A stretch of DNA of 64,000 nucleotides from Tubiluchus corallicola (Eukaryota; Animalia; Priapulida): NCBI GenBank assembly GCA_030141605.1, contig JAQGDQ010000565.1, positions 75,319 through 139,318 on the forward strand. Reading direction: 5' to 3'. The position numbers were made by a program, and so were the translations under genes. The notes beneath the pieces are model-generated. The model was not told where the DNA came from and did no database searches. It saw only the letters and a program-made list of their open reading frames with translations. Within the stretch, counting starts at the first letter, position 1. Every line of letters starts with the position of its first letter. Positions 45,858 through 58,816 of the stretch are shown here, piece by piece.

Positions 45858-48169
45858 TCTATGTTACAATGAAGTGAATTAGCAGAATTGGTCATCGTGT
45901 TAATAACAAGCTGCGGCTGCCAGGCACTGGCCTGCTGCATCACCACTACTGCATAGCTGGCATTTCACAGCTATTTTGCCTTCTTTCTTTTCCGCTTCAG
46001 TGATCATTAGAGAATACTAAACATTATGGTACATCGGCTAGGCATCGCATGCCTAATGACATAATTAGTACAATCTTCAATTACTGAGATTTTTTGAGTA
46101 AAAAGCTGAACCTTCCCGATCTAAAGACTGTGAAAAAGACTGATAGAGCAGTAATAGCAACAGCAATATGCAAAGACACGAGAACTTTATTTGCTTTTAA
46201 TCAGAGTTCTTGCAGTTTTATGTCTGATTTTTTACCTGTTTCAAAAAAGGAAAGATCGGATATCAGTAGTCGGCTCATTTTCCCCCTATTAGCATCACTC
46301 ATAGCAGAATTTCATGGAACCATTCACTAGGGCCTAAGGACGAGGTGGCCGAGGTTTGAGAATCGGAACAGCAATAATATGAAATAAACAAAATATTAAA
46401 AAATAAGTAAGATAGATGTAACAACATATATAATAACAATTATGCATTTGGTTGCATTTACTCATAAATCTCATTTGCAGGGCTTCCTGCTTATGGCTTG
46501 TCTTATTCTTTCTTTAACGAATGAAAAAGAAAGACGTGACTCGTGTGATGTATGTGACATGCATCAGGTACACTTGTGACTTGCATAACCATCCTTTGCT
46601 TGAAGTGAACAGAATAACAAAATGTACATGGACTCCAGAACTTTACCCTGACACAACTTGTCCATCTTCCACAGTTATCCTGCAGTTATAACAGTATAAG
46701 TGGTCTTGTTAGAGTCAGATAGTGAGATTATTTCAGTTATTGGTGTACGTGTTTATTATGCGATTTTTAACGGAAAGTGATTAATGTCCAAAGAACTATG
46801 CTAAACCAACTAGGATAACTATCCATATCACAAGAGGGTAGGTATGAGAACTCTCTACTAGAAAGCGAATATGAATCGACATGAATTCGTGATTTTCGAT
46901 ATCTAATCACAAATAAAAACAGTCCCACAAAGGTGACGCGTATTACATGCGTTATTGGTGAGAACACTAATAATTTGTTTAAAAAAGCGCACAGATACCA
47001 CGTGCTCAATTTTGCACGCGAGCGTCCGACGATCAGTCGATCACCCATTAGTAATGATTAGGTTGTCACTTTCAGCTCCATGCGCTAGTCGCGGTGAATT
47101 CTGCATTGGATTTCGACAGTCAAGCTGTCGTCTTTTGCATGCAATGACTGTAGATCGCCGCGCAGGCGCTCTTAGCAGACAACGGTACTGAGCCGGTAAT
47201 AACACATGGTAAATAGATTATTTTCTCTTCGTATATTATAATGTCGGTTTTTTAGTGGTACAAGGTTCATATTAAGGTTTGCACACTGTTCAAGTGTTTG
47301 GTCTGCTATGTGGTGCGACGTGATAAGTGTATCACCGGCATCGTTGTCAACAGTCATAGTATAGCATTAAAGTTTTTTGTTAAACCTGCTGCTGTATTCT
47401 CAAGCATCGTTGTTGGAACAGAATTAATTTCCGTTTCTTTGTTACTACAAAAAGTCTTCAAAGTTAACTTTTAGTTAAACCGACTGGATAGAATCGCACA
47501 TTTAATTTTTTCGTGCGGGTACACATTCTGCTATACTGGTAGTTCGCTTGATGATTTTGGCTTGGTATTATACTTATAATTTTGTAAGAATTGTCTAAAT
47601 TCTCTACGCAAGAAATGTGCACAGATAATTCGTCTTGCAATAATCCTGCGTGCAAGTAAGTATAAACCTAAAAACTTATTTGAGCACTCAATTTACTGTT
47701 CGTAAGAATGTAACGTAGACCTAAACATTTCTCATGATTTTTCATTTCCTCGGTCATCATCGTCATCATCATAATATCATTATCGTGGTCATTGTCGTCG
47801 TTATCATTATCACCTCTTGTGCCTTTCGTCTTTTATGCGATCAATAGTGATTATACATTATTTGGTAAGATCGCATGGTTTTTACCTTATACGTACTGTA
47901 CAACCAGGAAATGAGGCAAGTTAACATGCGGTCCGTGTAACCGGCAGAACAAATATTCACTCCTTCCTGTGCATTTATTCAGGCCTGGTGAACGTTTAAT
48001 GCCCATCCATGTCCGTTTAGCTGCTTTAGTACTTGAGTCTCCAACATAAATTTCTCTACGTACATAGCTATTTATTGAAGCTTCACAGCAAAGCAGCCTG
48101 GCGCTAGGCAACTAAAGAGCAGTTACATGTACTTTGAACTCTATTTTTATAACTCAAACATAGAATAAA

Positions 48170-48622
48170 ACGAATCAGAACAGAACAGAATGCTAAGAAC
48201 AGAAGGCAGAACAGAACAGATTACATGAGAACATTACAGAACCAAAACAGAAAGCAGAGCGGAGCAGATGAGAACGAAACAGAACCAAACAGAACAGAAC
48301 AGAATCGACCAGAACAGAGTAGAACAGAAAGCAGAACAGACAGAATGGCACAGAACTGAGTGGAAGAGAATGGAACAGAACAGAATTCAACAGGACTAAA
48401 TCGAACAAAACGAACAGAACAAAACAAAACAAAGCAGAACAGAAGAGAACCAAACAGAACAGAACAGATGAGACCACAATAGATACAAGAACACAACAGA
48501 ACAGAACAGAATTCAATAGGACAAAATCGAGCAGAACAGAACAGAACAGAACAGAACAGATGAGACCAGAACAGATACAAGAACAGTGCAGAACAGAAAG
48601 CAAAACAGAACAGGACAGAATA
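48170..48622. repeat. (CAGAA)n degenerate microsatellite
   Basis: Directly visible. Confidence 0.93.
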
Positions 48623-48969
48623 GGAGATATTAGGTAGTAAGTAGGCGCTATCAAATGATCTTTCATAACGATTGTTATAGTTTTTAACAATTGTATCAGC
48701 GGCTTTGTAAAAACAGTTGTGAATTGATCGATAAAACCAATTTACCCACCAAGCTAATTGCTTAGTAATTTTAGTGTGAAATCTTGTAATAAACTTGCTA
48801 ATTAACAGAGCAAATGCTTCATCGCTGCAATCGCGCTTTTAAAAGAAGCCATGCATTAGTTTCACTTCACTGAACGTCGTGTGGCTTCAGCAAACATGTC
48901 ACATCACCCGGGGGGACAGCCACTTGTATCACAAGTAACACAAAATAGTCGATACTTCACCGCGGGAGA

Positions 48970-49585
48970 GATAGCGTGCTCGCTTTGCCAGTCGTAGGCC
49001 GTGGGTTCGACTCCCGATTTGAAAAATAGAACAGTGGTAGCGAAGGAATGGTCGTTTTTTTTTGTCAAGCAGGCAAGCTAACTACAACAAAAACAGGGCA
49101 CTAAGTGTTGCCGACTGTTGCTGATTTTGTTGGCATAGTAACGGCAACGGCAAGTCACCCACATTGGCGACCAGTTAGTTTGTAAGCATCTAGTGTGGTA
49201 ATAGTTTGGGCAGAGTGACTTTTCAATTGATTTTGAGATTATCAATGCTTGGAAGTATTGGGAAATGTTTGTGTAAGTGGTTACAGCTTGTGCTTAGTGA
49301 GTGTAGTGGCTGAAGTTAAGTGGTGTTGAGCATTGTCAGTAGTTGGATTAGTGGCCACCAGTAAAACTGAGCACTGGGCAGTTTCATCTCTGGTTGTTTC
49401 TCTTATTAAGGAAAGATCTATAGTCAACCAATGTGGCTATCAGGTACGTCTCAGCTTCACCACAGGGTGCAGTGCCTCAATTTTGGTTCTATCACAACAG
49501 CCTACATTCTGTAAAAGCCCTACTGTGCTGATGGGAAACGAGATTGCCCGTTTTAATGTTAATGCATTTTAAATATCAAATAATT

Positions 49586-49590
<5 letters not shown>
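48970..49590 (+). mobile_element. SINE-like element: tRNA-like head (B box), internal 5S-related segment, microsatellite tail
   Basis: GGGTTCGACTCCC at ~49003; 5S-like segment at 49312-49356; 49305-49590 recurs inverted at 52689-52965. Confidence 0.6.
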
Positions 49591-50000
<410 letters not shown>

Positions 50001-50699
50001 AATCATTAGTTAATAACAAGCTAGCCTTCGTCAACGTTTATAACAGTTGACATACTTCTTTACCAGGCACTAAGGTCAAGATAAAGACTCATTGACACTC
50101 ACACTTTCAGCTATAATTGATGCGAATGGCTTTCTAAAAATGAAATTTCCGGAGCGCGTGGCAATTTCTGCTAATCACTTCACTCCATTATGTTTTGCTT
50201 GACACTCTGGCATTATTTCTTGCTGATTTTGACGTAAGCGTGACGTCACCGACCCACGATTTTCCTTTTTTCTCCATTGAGTCTTGAAGAGAGAACATTT
50301 TTCAACTTAATACATTCTCTCAGTCTACGTTTCGCTAATGAGACTACGACCATTGTCTAAGACTTTTTGGTTTTTTAGGGACACTCAATGCAGCGTGTTT
50401 TGTCCCCATTGAATACCTTTCCACCCGAATAGGCTTTCGTTTCAGAACTGTACCATTCAGTACTATTCCGTTACTTTGCAAATGTTGCATAACAAACAAT
50501 TTTAATGACGCTGATACGTGCGCATTGCCACGAAGTTTAGCGGGGCATAATAGGCCCATGCGTATCGCATGATTTCCACGTGAAGTTGGTTGCTATTTGC
50601 GTAAGGCCAAGCACAAATACAACCGTTCCGATTTCGTATACATTTGGAAATTTTATGCGGCTTTGAGGCGGAAATTTGACCCGAGAGGTTTATTAAAGA

Positions 50700-51437
50700 G
50701 GAAGAAAAGGGTTCTAAAGTGCGTCCCTAAAACTTTGCACGCGTATCGCTTAAAGCACAAGAAAACCCTTCATAAACATAAAGCTTGAAAAATTCGTTTT
50801 GAAATTTTATATCGCTTACAAACTGCCGTTTTGCGTGCAGGACTTCAATCGGCAGTCACGCTGTATAAAACATGTAAATTTAAACTCCCGCGATGACCGT
50901 TGGACGCAGCCATTTTCACGACAGGTCATTTGAAGCAAGTTTAGATAACATTTTGTAAAGTTTGAAAAAATAAACAGAGCATTCGTAGCGCACAAGTCAC
51001 TAACTAAATGAAATTTAAAATTACTGTATCTTGTCAATAAGATTAAAAATGCGTTTTTTGGTTAGTGAGTGGTGCACCCTGTAGGGTGAGTCAACGACAT
51101 TTTACCAATTTGTGAAAATATTTTAAATAATTAATAATTTTCTTTTCTAGTTACATAAATCTCTCTAGCAGGTAAGCGAAAATCTAAGTAATATGGATTT
51201 GCGCGGAAAGTCTTTGAGACATAATTTAACATTGCCTTTTCTTCCCTTGATTTACGTTTTGTACATGACGTCATATAATGGCGACTTCGGAACAGTATTG
51301 CAGGAGATTTAAAATGAAAACAAACTAAAATTCCTTTCAGTGTGAGTAAGATATACGCATAAAATTGCTGTAAAGTAATATAATTTTTAAGGTGATTTTT
51401 CTGAAACCAACTTCAGGTGCCCCTTTTCTTGTCCTTC
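50700..51437 (-). mobile_element. Family C Kolobok-like element copy
   Basis: Reverse complement of 8030-8890 without the insert. Confidence 0.7.
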
Positions 51438-51742
51438 AACATTTCGTTTACCTACTTAAAAGACTTACGTAACAAGAAAAGATTCAAAATAATTTAATAA
51501 ATGTTCCACACCAACTGGTAAAATGTTGCTTGAGCATTTCAAATATGTTATAGTCATAGTCAGTGACGTAATGCTAATTTAGCCGATAGTAATGAATTAT
51601 AGATAGGCTTACTTATTTGTTTTATCATTTTCCGTTTAGGGAAAATTCTTTTCTTCATTGTAGAATACATTTTTCACGGATAACGTAAGTTCAATTTTAG
51701 TCCGTAATGTAGAGAACAGAGCACACGTGAAATGTTTCTTAA

Positions 51743-52275
51743 AGGAAAACCGGATGATTGTGTAAACACAAGTTCAGAATAAAGAATGCTCTAAAATATT
51801 GAAAACTACAATAGCTTATTTTAAATCAAAGCTTAGATTAAATAGTAATTACCTCAGCTACTCAAATTTCGTTAAACTTTCAAAGCTACACGCGGCTTAG
51901 TGAATCTACTAAGATTGGCCTTTTTGTCACATTCGCGTGGCCGATAAATAGAAGGCGGTGCCGTGATAACCATGATCATGAACTGCGGTGTTAGTTTCTG
52001 ACGTCATATGATGTAGGGCCCAATTTTGTCACATACGCGTTTAAGCAGTAACACTTATGCAAATGTGCTTGATGCACAAGGGAAAACGCCTGCCATTGCA
52101 CAAACTGTGGTTAGTTTCTGACGTAAGCAATAGCTGTGCTCGGTTGTCGTTAATTAACTTTCTAAGCTAATTATTCAAACATAAGAAACATTGTTAACTT
52201 TTATAGGTAAGAAAATGTATATTTTGGAGAATAAATTAAAATGAGATTGAGTCTAAACAATCGTCCGGTTTTCCT
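51743..52275 (+). mobile_element. Kolobok-like MITE family B, full length (~533 bp)
   Basis: TIR AGGAAAACCGGATGATTGT / ACAATCGTCCGGTTTTCCT with TTAA at both ends. Confidence 0.88.
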
Positions 52276-52594
52276 TAAATTATCTGTGATCATATTGGAA
52301 GGTTCGTAAATGCTGTATGTTGGACTTTTTCAGTCAATAAACTACTACTGCTGCTGGCTCACCTTCCCTGTGTGCACCACTGGCTCACCAAGAAACGTAT
52401 TTTTAATCTTAGTGACAAGATGCAGTAATTTTTAGCATTATTACTTTGGCTTGATTATGCAGAGTGCACTGCGCATGCTCTGGTTATTTTTTCGAACTTT
52501 ACTCAATGTTACCTAAACTTGTTTCAAACGACTTACCGTTGGAATGGCTTCACTTATGGGTCTTTGCGGGAGCTCAAATTTACTGGTTTTGTAC

Positions 52595-52636
52595 AACAGT
52601 AACAACAGCAACAGCAGCAACAACAACAACAACAGC

Positions 52637-52667
<31 letters not shown>

Positions 52668-52965
52668 TAATAATAATAATAATAATAAATTATTTGATAT
52701 TTAAAATGCATTAACATTAAAACGGGCAATCTCGTTTCCCATCAGCACAGTAGGGCTTTTACAGAATGTAGGCGGTTGTGATAGAACCAAAATTGAGGCA
52801 CTGCACCCTGCGGTGAAGCCGAGACGTACCTGATAGCCACATTGGTTGACTATAGATCTTTCTTTAATAAGAGAAACAACCAGAGATGAAACTGACCAAT
52901 GCTCAGTTTTACCCATGGCCACCAATCCAACTACTGACAATGCTCAACACGGCTTAACTTCGGCC
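52595..52965 (-). mobile_element. Second copy of the 5S-containing SINE, with (TAT)n/(TGT)n tail
   Basis: High identity to 49305-49590. Confidence 0.85.
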
Positions 52966-54065
52966 ATTATGCTGTTTGCGGTTAATTCAATCTCAATGTG
53001 CAGTAAGACAATATGTTAACGACCCTACAACATTTCAAGACCGATTTTTTTAGCATTTTAGTTTTATGTAAGTAAAGGGTTTCCTTGTGCTTTAACGATC
53101 TGGTTCAGGTGTGTTAACTTTGACAAGATACGCTTTGACAGGATACGCTTTGACAGGATACAGTAATTTATGCTTTTACTCAGTTAGTGACGTGTGCGCT
53201 GCGCATGCCCTGATTATTTTTTAAACTTTACTCGATGTTATCTAAACTTGTTTCAAACGACTTCCCGTTAAAATGGCTGCACCTGACGGCCGTCGTGGGA
53301 GTTTAAACTTTCAAGTTTTATACGACGTGGCTGGTAACGCAAGATCTGTAGGCAATAAGACAGTATGTAAGTGACATAAAGATGCAAAGGAATTTGTTAG
53401 CTTTTTGTAACTTAAAAGAGGTTTATGGTACTTTAATAGGTTCAGAATTATGAAATTGAAATGATTATGTGTTTTTTGTACAATTTGGCCCTGTAGAGGT
53501 GATCGGCAGGGTTCTATCCAATGTATATAACTGTGTGGTAGAACCGGGCCCTGGAATCAGCCATATTGTCAAAGATAAACATCTTAGATAAGAATGTTCA
53601 TTCAAATTCATATTCATTCTCAATTAACCAGCCAAACAGCTGGAGACGTACAGCAGATGAAACTGCCCAGGTAGTTTTCCAGGGGCTCACCAATCCATTT
53701 ACTGTCCGGTCCTAACATGGCCAGACCGCCTAATTTAATTTCTTTTACTGTTTTATGCTTATATCACCAACAAAACTAGTAAAACCTGCAGCGATTATGT
53801 TTTTTTTTGCATAATTAATAGCTGATTGAAATATTATTGTGATTTGGCTTTATATTTCCACTCAGTGAGCATCAGTAATGCGCGCACGTTCCGCATTGTG
53901 CTTTGTAGCCTTGACGACGATTCTTACGACTACTGACTGACTTTGGCGTAAGGCATCGTATGCGCCTACTGAGTATACCGTCGCCATACCTACTAGACTG
54001 GCCGTTGCCATACTTGTCGGCCGTGTGAACGTATTTATTATTATTTATAGTCATTGTGAATACAG

Positions 54066-54090
54066 TGACGTCATGCGATGCGCATGCGCA
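54066..54090. promoter_or_regulatory. Candidate promoter motifs: CRE palindrome and NRF1-type palindrome
   Basis: TGACGTCA (54066-54073) and TGCGCATGCGCA (54079-54090) next to a CpG-richer patch. Confidence 0.35.
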
Positions 54091-54319
54091 GAAAAACGTT
54101 TTGAAGCTTTTCTATTTAGATAACGATATGAGCCTATGGAATGACATAATTCAGTTTCAGAAAATACTTGACCTATAGTTTGTGGTCAGTAAGGTTTGGT
54201 GGGCCGTTTGGGTGCGTTTATTATCGTTATTATTATAATTATAATTCTTTATTTTTAAAAACTACGTACAAAATATATGCCTTCTATTTATATTTCTAAA
54301 ATTACAACGTATTAAACAT

Positions 54320-54446
<127 letters not shown>

Positions 54447-54491
54447 CATATATTATATATATATTATTACGAAAGAATTATTATCACCCAA

Positions 54492-54983
54492 ACACATTTT
54501 TCGCGTTCGTGCCACTAGTTCTTCGCTTTTAGATGCATTTTGCCATTCGCTAGCTAGACGGGTACTAACGCCTGTATTTCGGAAACGTGTTGCACAAAAA
54601 ACAGGCGCTGTACCTCCCAGTTCAGTTACAAAATTAATGTTAATGTTAGTTTTGTGACGAACTACACACGTTCGACAGTGGTAAATTTGAAATTTTGATT
54701 TTTATCTTAAAACTTTAGTACAAGCCAGTGAATATCTTATAGTAGTACTGTACTTCAAGTTTCGCCTTCACAAACACGTGCAACACGCTCATGGAACGCT
54801 TTTGCTGTTGAAAATATGTTAGTTTGTGATATCGTCAATATTTGGGCTCTCCCGCCATTAACCAAGTTTTTAATCTATTATTTAATTATCAGAAACGGTT
54901 TTTCATTATTAATTGTGTTAAAATTATACTTTTTAACGGACTTGAAAATGGGGTGGTATTTGAAAAAATCATTCTGTCTTCCT
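54492..54983 (-). mobile_element. Family E element copy
   Basis: Reverse complement of 16399-16885. Confidence 0.75.
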
Positions 54984-56489
54984 TTGAGCTTCTATTCATG
55001 ATACTTTACATGATGATTCGTAAAAACTGCATTTAAACAACAAGATACGATTTACAACGTTGCAGAGTAAATCATCTAATAGTACACGTTTCTATTGCAT
55101 TGTAGAGCGACAGGTTGATTTGATAAACCAGTTGTAATGAATTATGTAGCATAAAGCTTTATTATTTATTCTTTATTTATTTCACATCAACACAAATACA
55201 CAATTAATACATTAAAAGAAACAAAAGTTATCAATAATTCAATGAATAACAAACAGTAAGATACATATAATAGGAAGCAAATTTTGGAAAAAATGATTTA
55301 AACTGTCTTTAGACGTAGGTCAACCTATGGTAAACAAAGATGGTGATATCGCTACTTCCTTTAATACTGGTGTTTAAACAACGTTATGTACAGCATCATT
55401 ACAAATATACTAACTTGACTCTCAAAACACTGTGGGGTTGAAAGATAAACAAGAGAATTATCGCTGTTGTATGTTGCTTAGTAAATTTCAGTTTACTTTG
55501 AGCACATAACTAGTTTAGATATACCCCAGTTTAGGTTTGCTATATACAAATGTAAATGTGCTGCGGGCAGTCAAAAAGCAGGGCTTGTTAGATTGTCCCA
55601 CACTGGGAAAGATAAAAAAGTAATGAAAATTATCTGAAAATTTGAAGTGAATCGTATGATAGAGTAAACATTAGTTTTAAGAGTTTTAAAACACTAAAGC
55701 CAGATTAATGAACAGTTTTGAATTTTTGAAAAGCGCGTTTCTGTGTAGAAAGGAAAAATGATAATTTTGTAACGATGCACGGTGGTTGAGTAGGTCTCTA
55801 TGCAGTGGTTTCTACGCTGTTTTATCCTCTCTCTGCTGCACTGTACCTGCACAATAATTGGCTTCACGTGTGTCGTCAACTCAGCTTTAACCTACGCGTA
55901 TTTTCCCCTAGTTTCAGCAACAAATGCGATTATTTATAACAGAACAGTGTTCCAGTCATCAATACAAGAGCACTGTGTTGACTAAGCTGTCACCACCTAT
56001 AGACGGTCATAAATGTGTTTACTTGTGTTTACACGTTCTGTTACTACATTGCATACTCGTTTTATGTACGAAAATTATTGATTTATGCGCGTGTGTTTAA
56101 CCCAATTAAGTCAGTACAGCTTAGAGAGGCGGACAGTTGTGTGATATCGTTATGTAACTTATGTTTCATTCAAAAACTTGATAAGTTTATCTATGTGTCA
56201 TTTATTATATGTTATATCACCCCAATAACTCGTAGGCAACCTTTAACCCTTTCAAAGCAACCTGTAGCATGCTGGTTTCGTAAGCTGCACACCTGAGTGT
56301 AGGAGTTTAATGAACCCACTTCACGGGTTAAGTTATTTACTTCGAAGTCGTGCTTAATCGGCTCTACCCCTCTTAAAACTGTCTTTGCCTTTCCTGGATG
56401 TACTGCTAACCATAGATAAAGCTGCAGTAAGACGTCCGACGCGTCTGTTATAGTAGGTTTGCAGTATTTACTTTCTGTCTCACTGATTG

Positions 56490-57246
56490 TCTGACGAGTT
56501 TTCTCTCTGATAACAAACTGGCAAGTGTGTACAGCTTTGCGAGTTACTGTCGGCAAGAAATTGCAACCTCTACGATAGTTACGCCGAGCTGATTTACTGT
56601 CTAGTGTGAACGTCTTGACGAGTTACTCTCTATGCTTATCGCAGTGACTCAGCTTGTGTATAATGCAAGAGTAACTCGCAGCAAGATTTCAGGAGCGTGA
56701 ACTGCTTTGCGAGTTACTGTCGGCAAGAAATTGTAAGCTCTCCGACAGTTGCTGCGAGTTGATTTACTGTCTAGTGTGAACGTCTTGGCGAGTTACTCTC
56801 AACACTTCTCCCTGCAAATAGAGAAGCGAGTGTCAGCTCGTGCTTAATGTACGAGAGTAACTCACAGCGAGTTTTGCTTTCCAGTTTCGACATGCCTGTA
56901 AGTTGTTTAGTGAGTTACTTGGCAAGTTAACTTGGGCAGGAAACTCGCTAGCCTGAAAGTACAGTTAAGGAAAGTAAAATATAAAGATGCTGTTCGCTAG
57001 AAATTAGAAATATTATGTGAAATTTTTATTTCAATAAACAACGTAAGTTTTAATTCTAGATCTTTCGACAGTTGTTGTAGTGTGAACGCCTTGGCGAGTT
57101 ACTCACGACACATTTTCACATCGATTAGAGAACTGTGTGTCAGCTCATGCTTACTGTTGGTAAGAAACTCGCAACAAGTTTTGCGCTCTAGTCTGAACAT
57201 GTTTGTGAGTTACTTAGCGAGAAACTCGCTGGTCTGAACGCGGCAT
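56490..57246. mobile_element. PIF/Harbinger-like non-autonomous element with internal GCGAGTTACT / TAGTGTGAAC repeats
   Basis: Repeated sub-motifs; terminus GTCTGAACGCGGCA|TAA; left end not seen. Confidence 0.5.
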
Positions 57247-57311
57247 AAGGTTTAACGGACTTTCCTCCAAGAATGGGTCAAGAGCCAAGACCCGTCTCTG
57301 ACACGTGGATT

Positions 57312-57713
57312 CATTAATAAGCCTTTTCACAGTTTCGTTGTGCGCACGCGCAGTTCCTGTAGGTCAAAGGTTAAGTATACCACAACAAACCGTCTTAACT
57401 ACAATCGTCACATGACATGTGTGTAAAGCAAAGCCCTTTGCCGCATCGGTTCAGTAACTTCAGTTGTTTTAGTTGGGGTTTACTTAATTACGCATTAGTC
57501 TGTGCGTAGAATGATTTACTAGGAGGATCTTGCTTGGAAACAAGAAAAATGAACTAGGTGAGGTTCTTGCTAGCTGTTAAAACTGTTACTATTACAATAA
57601 CATGGGCTGTGAGACGTTGTCAATTGTACACAAATTCATTGTCTGTTACACATAACCTTTGACCTTTTCACGATCATCATCAATCGCTGGAACTGTGAAA
57701 AGGCTTATTAATG
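57312..57713 (+). mobile_element. MITE family A, reference full-length copy (~400 bp)
   Basis: Perfect 23-bp inverted repeat cattaataagccttttcacagtt / aactgtgaaaaggcttattaatg; five other copies or fragments in the window. Confidence 0.9.
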
Positions 57714-57806
57714 TTATTACTGTCGTGATTAGTGTAACTGTTAATTAATGTTTCGCACGATTTTTAAAGTATGTCTGTTTGTATGATTTCCTTCCTTTCA
57801 GAAAGA

Positions 57807-57911
57807 TGGCGCCAACTGCTGACGTAAAACAAAGACGTGGTGTCGACTGTGATATTCCTGTTGATGACGTCATTGAACGGTATCCCAATCAGAAGCTAGT
57901 CGGTGTTGACG
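57807..57911 (+). CDS. Candidate first coding exon of an unidentified gene (MAPTADVKQRRGVDCDIPVDDVIERYPNQKLVGVD)
   Basis: Strong ttccttcctttcag acceptor, aagATGG start, open frame and G|gtaagt donor; no downstream exon found in the window. Confidence 0.55.
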
Positions 57912-58287
57912 GTAAGTTGAGATTTGAAGATTTTGCTTAAAAAATCCCGCACCCTATGTTAAACTATACCTTAAAACAATATAATCTAACATTGAACGAG
58001 AACACGTCGTTTTTTAGAGTGACTTGCATAAAAAAATTATTACCATGGAAACGTTCTTTTCTGCTCGGGCGGCTGGCTGTTTGCTGTTACATGCATTTTG
58101 CGATTCGCTAGTTGGGTGGGCACTAGCGTCTGCATCTCAGAAGTTCTGTACCTCCTAGTTCAGATGTGTTCAGTTGTGACGTAACACGCGATCGAGAGCT
58201 CATCTGTGATCCTTGAGCAAAGCAGTAAAATTGAAATTTAAAATTTGGCTCGTTTTTGTGTCACTCTAAATGTTGTACAGTAGCATG

Positions 58288-58574
58288 TAAGTGGCTTCTT
58301 TTCATGTCGGGACCTAGATTGGCTTCTTTCCATATCAGAAACTAGAGTGGCTTCTGTCTATATCACTACCTAGAGTGGCTTTTGTCCATATTAGTACCTA
58401 GAGTGGCTTCTTTCCATATCAGTTACTAGAGTGGTTTCTGTCCATATCAGTACCTAGACTGGCTTCTTTCCATATCAGAACCTAAAGTGGCTTCTTTCCA
58501 TATCAGTACCAAGAGTGGCTTCTTTCCATATCAGTACCAAGAGTGGCTTCTTTCCATATCAGTACCAAGAGTGG
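58288..58574. repeat. ~28-bp minisatellite (agagtggcttctttccatatcagtacc.), ~10 copies
   Basis: Directly visible. Confidence 0.92.
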
Positions 58575-58816
58575 ATTACACAAGATCATAAGCCTTGGTG
58601 GCAATCCTGAGATTCTGGTATCGAGCACGCTGAAGTGCTTCTCGGAGGTAGATATTCGTAGTATCACCAACCTTAAAGGGTTCCGAGACAGCTGTTGTGC
58701 TACTGTTCCCAGATAGTTGAGGAGTTTTTGTACAACAGCCTGGCCTCTTCGACTTATCTTAGAGGAGTGAGTCAACAGAGAGAAAGGGATCATCGTTTCA
58801 ATGTGTCTATGTGGTA